Source: Vicugna vicugna | Lineage: Eukaryota | Assembly: GCA_013265495.1 (NCBI GenBank) | Contig: MU058540.1 | Span: 1,637,696 to 1,701,695, forward strand | Direction of reading: 5' to 3' | Length of the DNA stretch: 64,000 nucleotides | Part shown: positions 63,210 to 64,000 of the stretch, one piece after another | Layout of the letters: the number at the start of each line of letters is the position of its first letter | How positions within the stretch are numbered: the first letter of the stretch is position 1 | The notes under the pieces: generated by a model | Database searches by the model: none | What the model was told of the DNA's origin: nothing | Seen by the model: the letters and a program-made list of their open reading frames with translations, nothing else | Translations under genes and position numbers: made by a program

Positions 63210-63440
63210 ATAGTAAGAATAACACCACACAACACATATCAGGTTCTTACCATGTGCCAAGACCTCAGGGAGCCCTTCACATAGACGTCCATCATTCTCA
63301 CAACAACCCTAAGACAAATGTTTTTACAGCCACTTTACAGATGAGGAGAACTTCAGTTTCCTGTCCAGGGTCACACAGTAAATAAATGGTAAGACAGGGA
63401 CTTGAACCCAGGGAGTCTGACCTCACAGCCCTTGACCAGT
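63210..63440 (-). mobile_element. MIR SINE
   Basis: cactttacagatgaggagaac...cagggtcacacagtaaataaatgg...gggacttgaacccagg. Confidence 0.8.
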
Positions 63441-63654
63441 CTTTCTCATCACCTCCTGATAAGTGTAGGTGCTGGGGCATACAAGAAAAGCAATGCAGGT
63501 GGAGGACAGACAAATACCTGTACATACTACTTCTACTCTTGGTCAACTGTGACCTAAAATCAGATTTTGAGAAGATGAAGATGTGGGTCAGAAACAAACA
63601 GAACTATCCAGGTGTACCTAGTATGTTGTCAAATAGAGTGGCTCTGCACATGTG

Positions 63655-63880
63655 AATAATAATATTGAGCACTCACTACGTGTCAGGCAATACGCTAAGG
63701 AGCGTCACATATATTATCTAATTTAGTCCTCTCACAAATCCCACAAAGAAGGTATTATAGTGTCCATTTTACAGGAAAGGAAACTGAGGCTCCAAGAGCC
63801 TAAGGGACTTATCCGGCTAGTAGGTCTCAGAGCCCGGAACTCATAGCCAAGCTCTGTGCTTCCAGAGCCAGCTCTAGAGT
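63655..63880 (-). mobile_element. MIR SINE
   Basis: attgagcactcactacgtgtcaggca...ccattttacaggaaaggaaactgaggctc. Confidence 0.8.
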
Positions 63881-64000
63881 TGCCTCCTCGGAGCAGTCTT
63901 TACCAACTGTCCCTCAAGAGTCATATTGTGAAACATCTGAATATATCTGGTATGTTTTGTGTAAGGTTATTCTCTTGAATTAGTTTATAGTTGAAACTAG

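Noticed and set aside
1..64000. CRISPR arrays, rRNA, operons or other prokaryote-type systems
   Set aside because: The sequence is mammalian with spliceosomal introns and retroposons; no regularly spaced repeats or rRNA-like segments were seen.

Overview
Mammalian genomic DNA. A camelid origin is inferred from tRNA-Ala-derived SINEs of the Vic-1 type. The window holds two convergent protein-coding genes. The + strand carries the 3' part of ANKS1A (Odin): SAM1 end, SAM2 and PTB exons from 14242, alternative C-termini, and a 3' UTR to about 25.9 kb. The - strand carries the complete TCP11 gene: CpG-island promoter at about 55.7-56.5 kb, nine coding exons from 55924 to 38398, giving 499 or 508 aa depending on the exon-3 acceptor. 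The rest is intronic or intergenic and rich in L1, MaLR (MLT1), ERVL, MIR and L2 fossils. Almost all other ORFs in the track are noise. I do not see a new biological system that I can support. The most unusual observations are: (1) a ~450-bp inverted duplication in an ANKS1A intron with an almost perfect 85-nt core; (2) a splice switch that adds or removes a PDZ-ligand C-terminus (-YETTIF vs -STN), plus a Cys/His-rich cassette exon; (3) a TCP11 exon-3 acceptor region built from an L1 tail; (4) a TSD-flanked, polyadenylated, non-L1-looking retro-insertion inside an ERVL LTR. Gene and repeat names come from sequence recognition by eye, not from database searches, and repeat boundaries are approximate.
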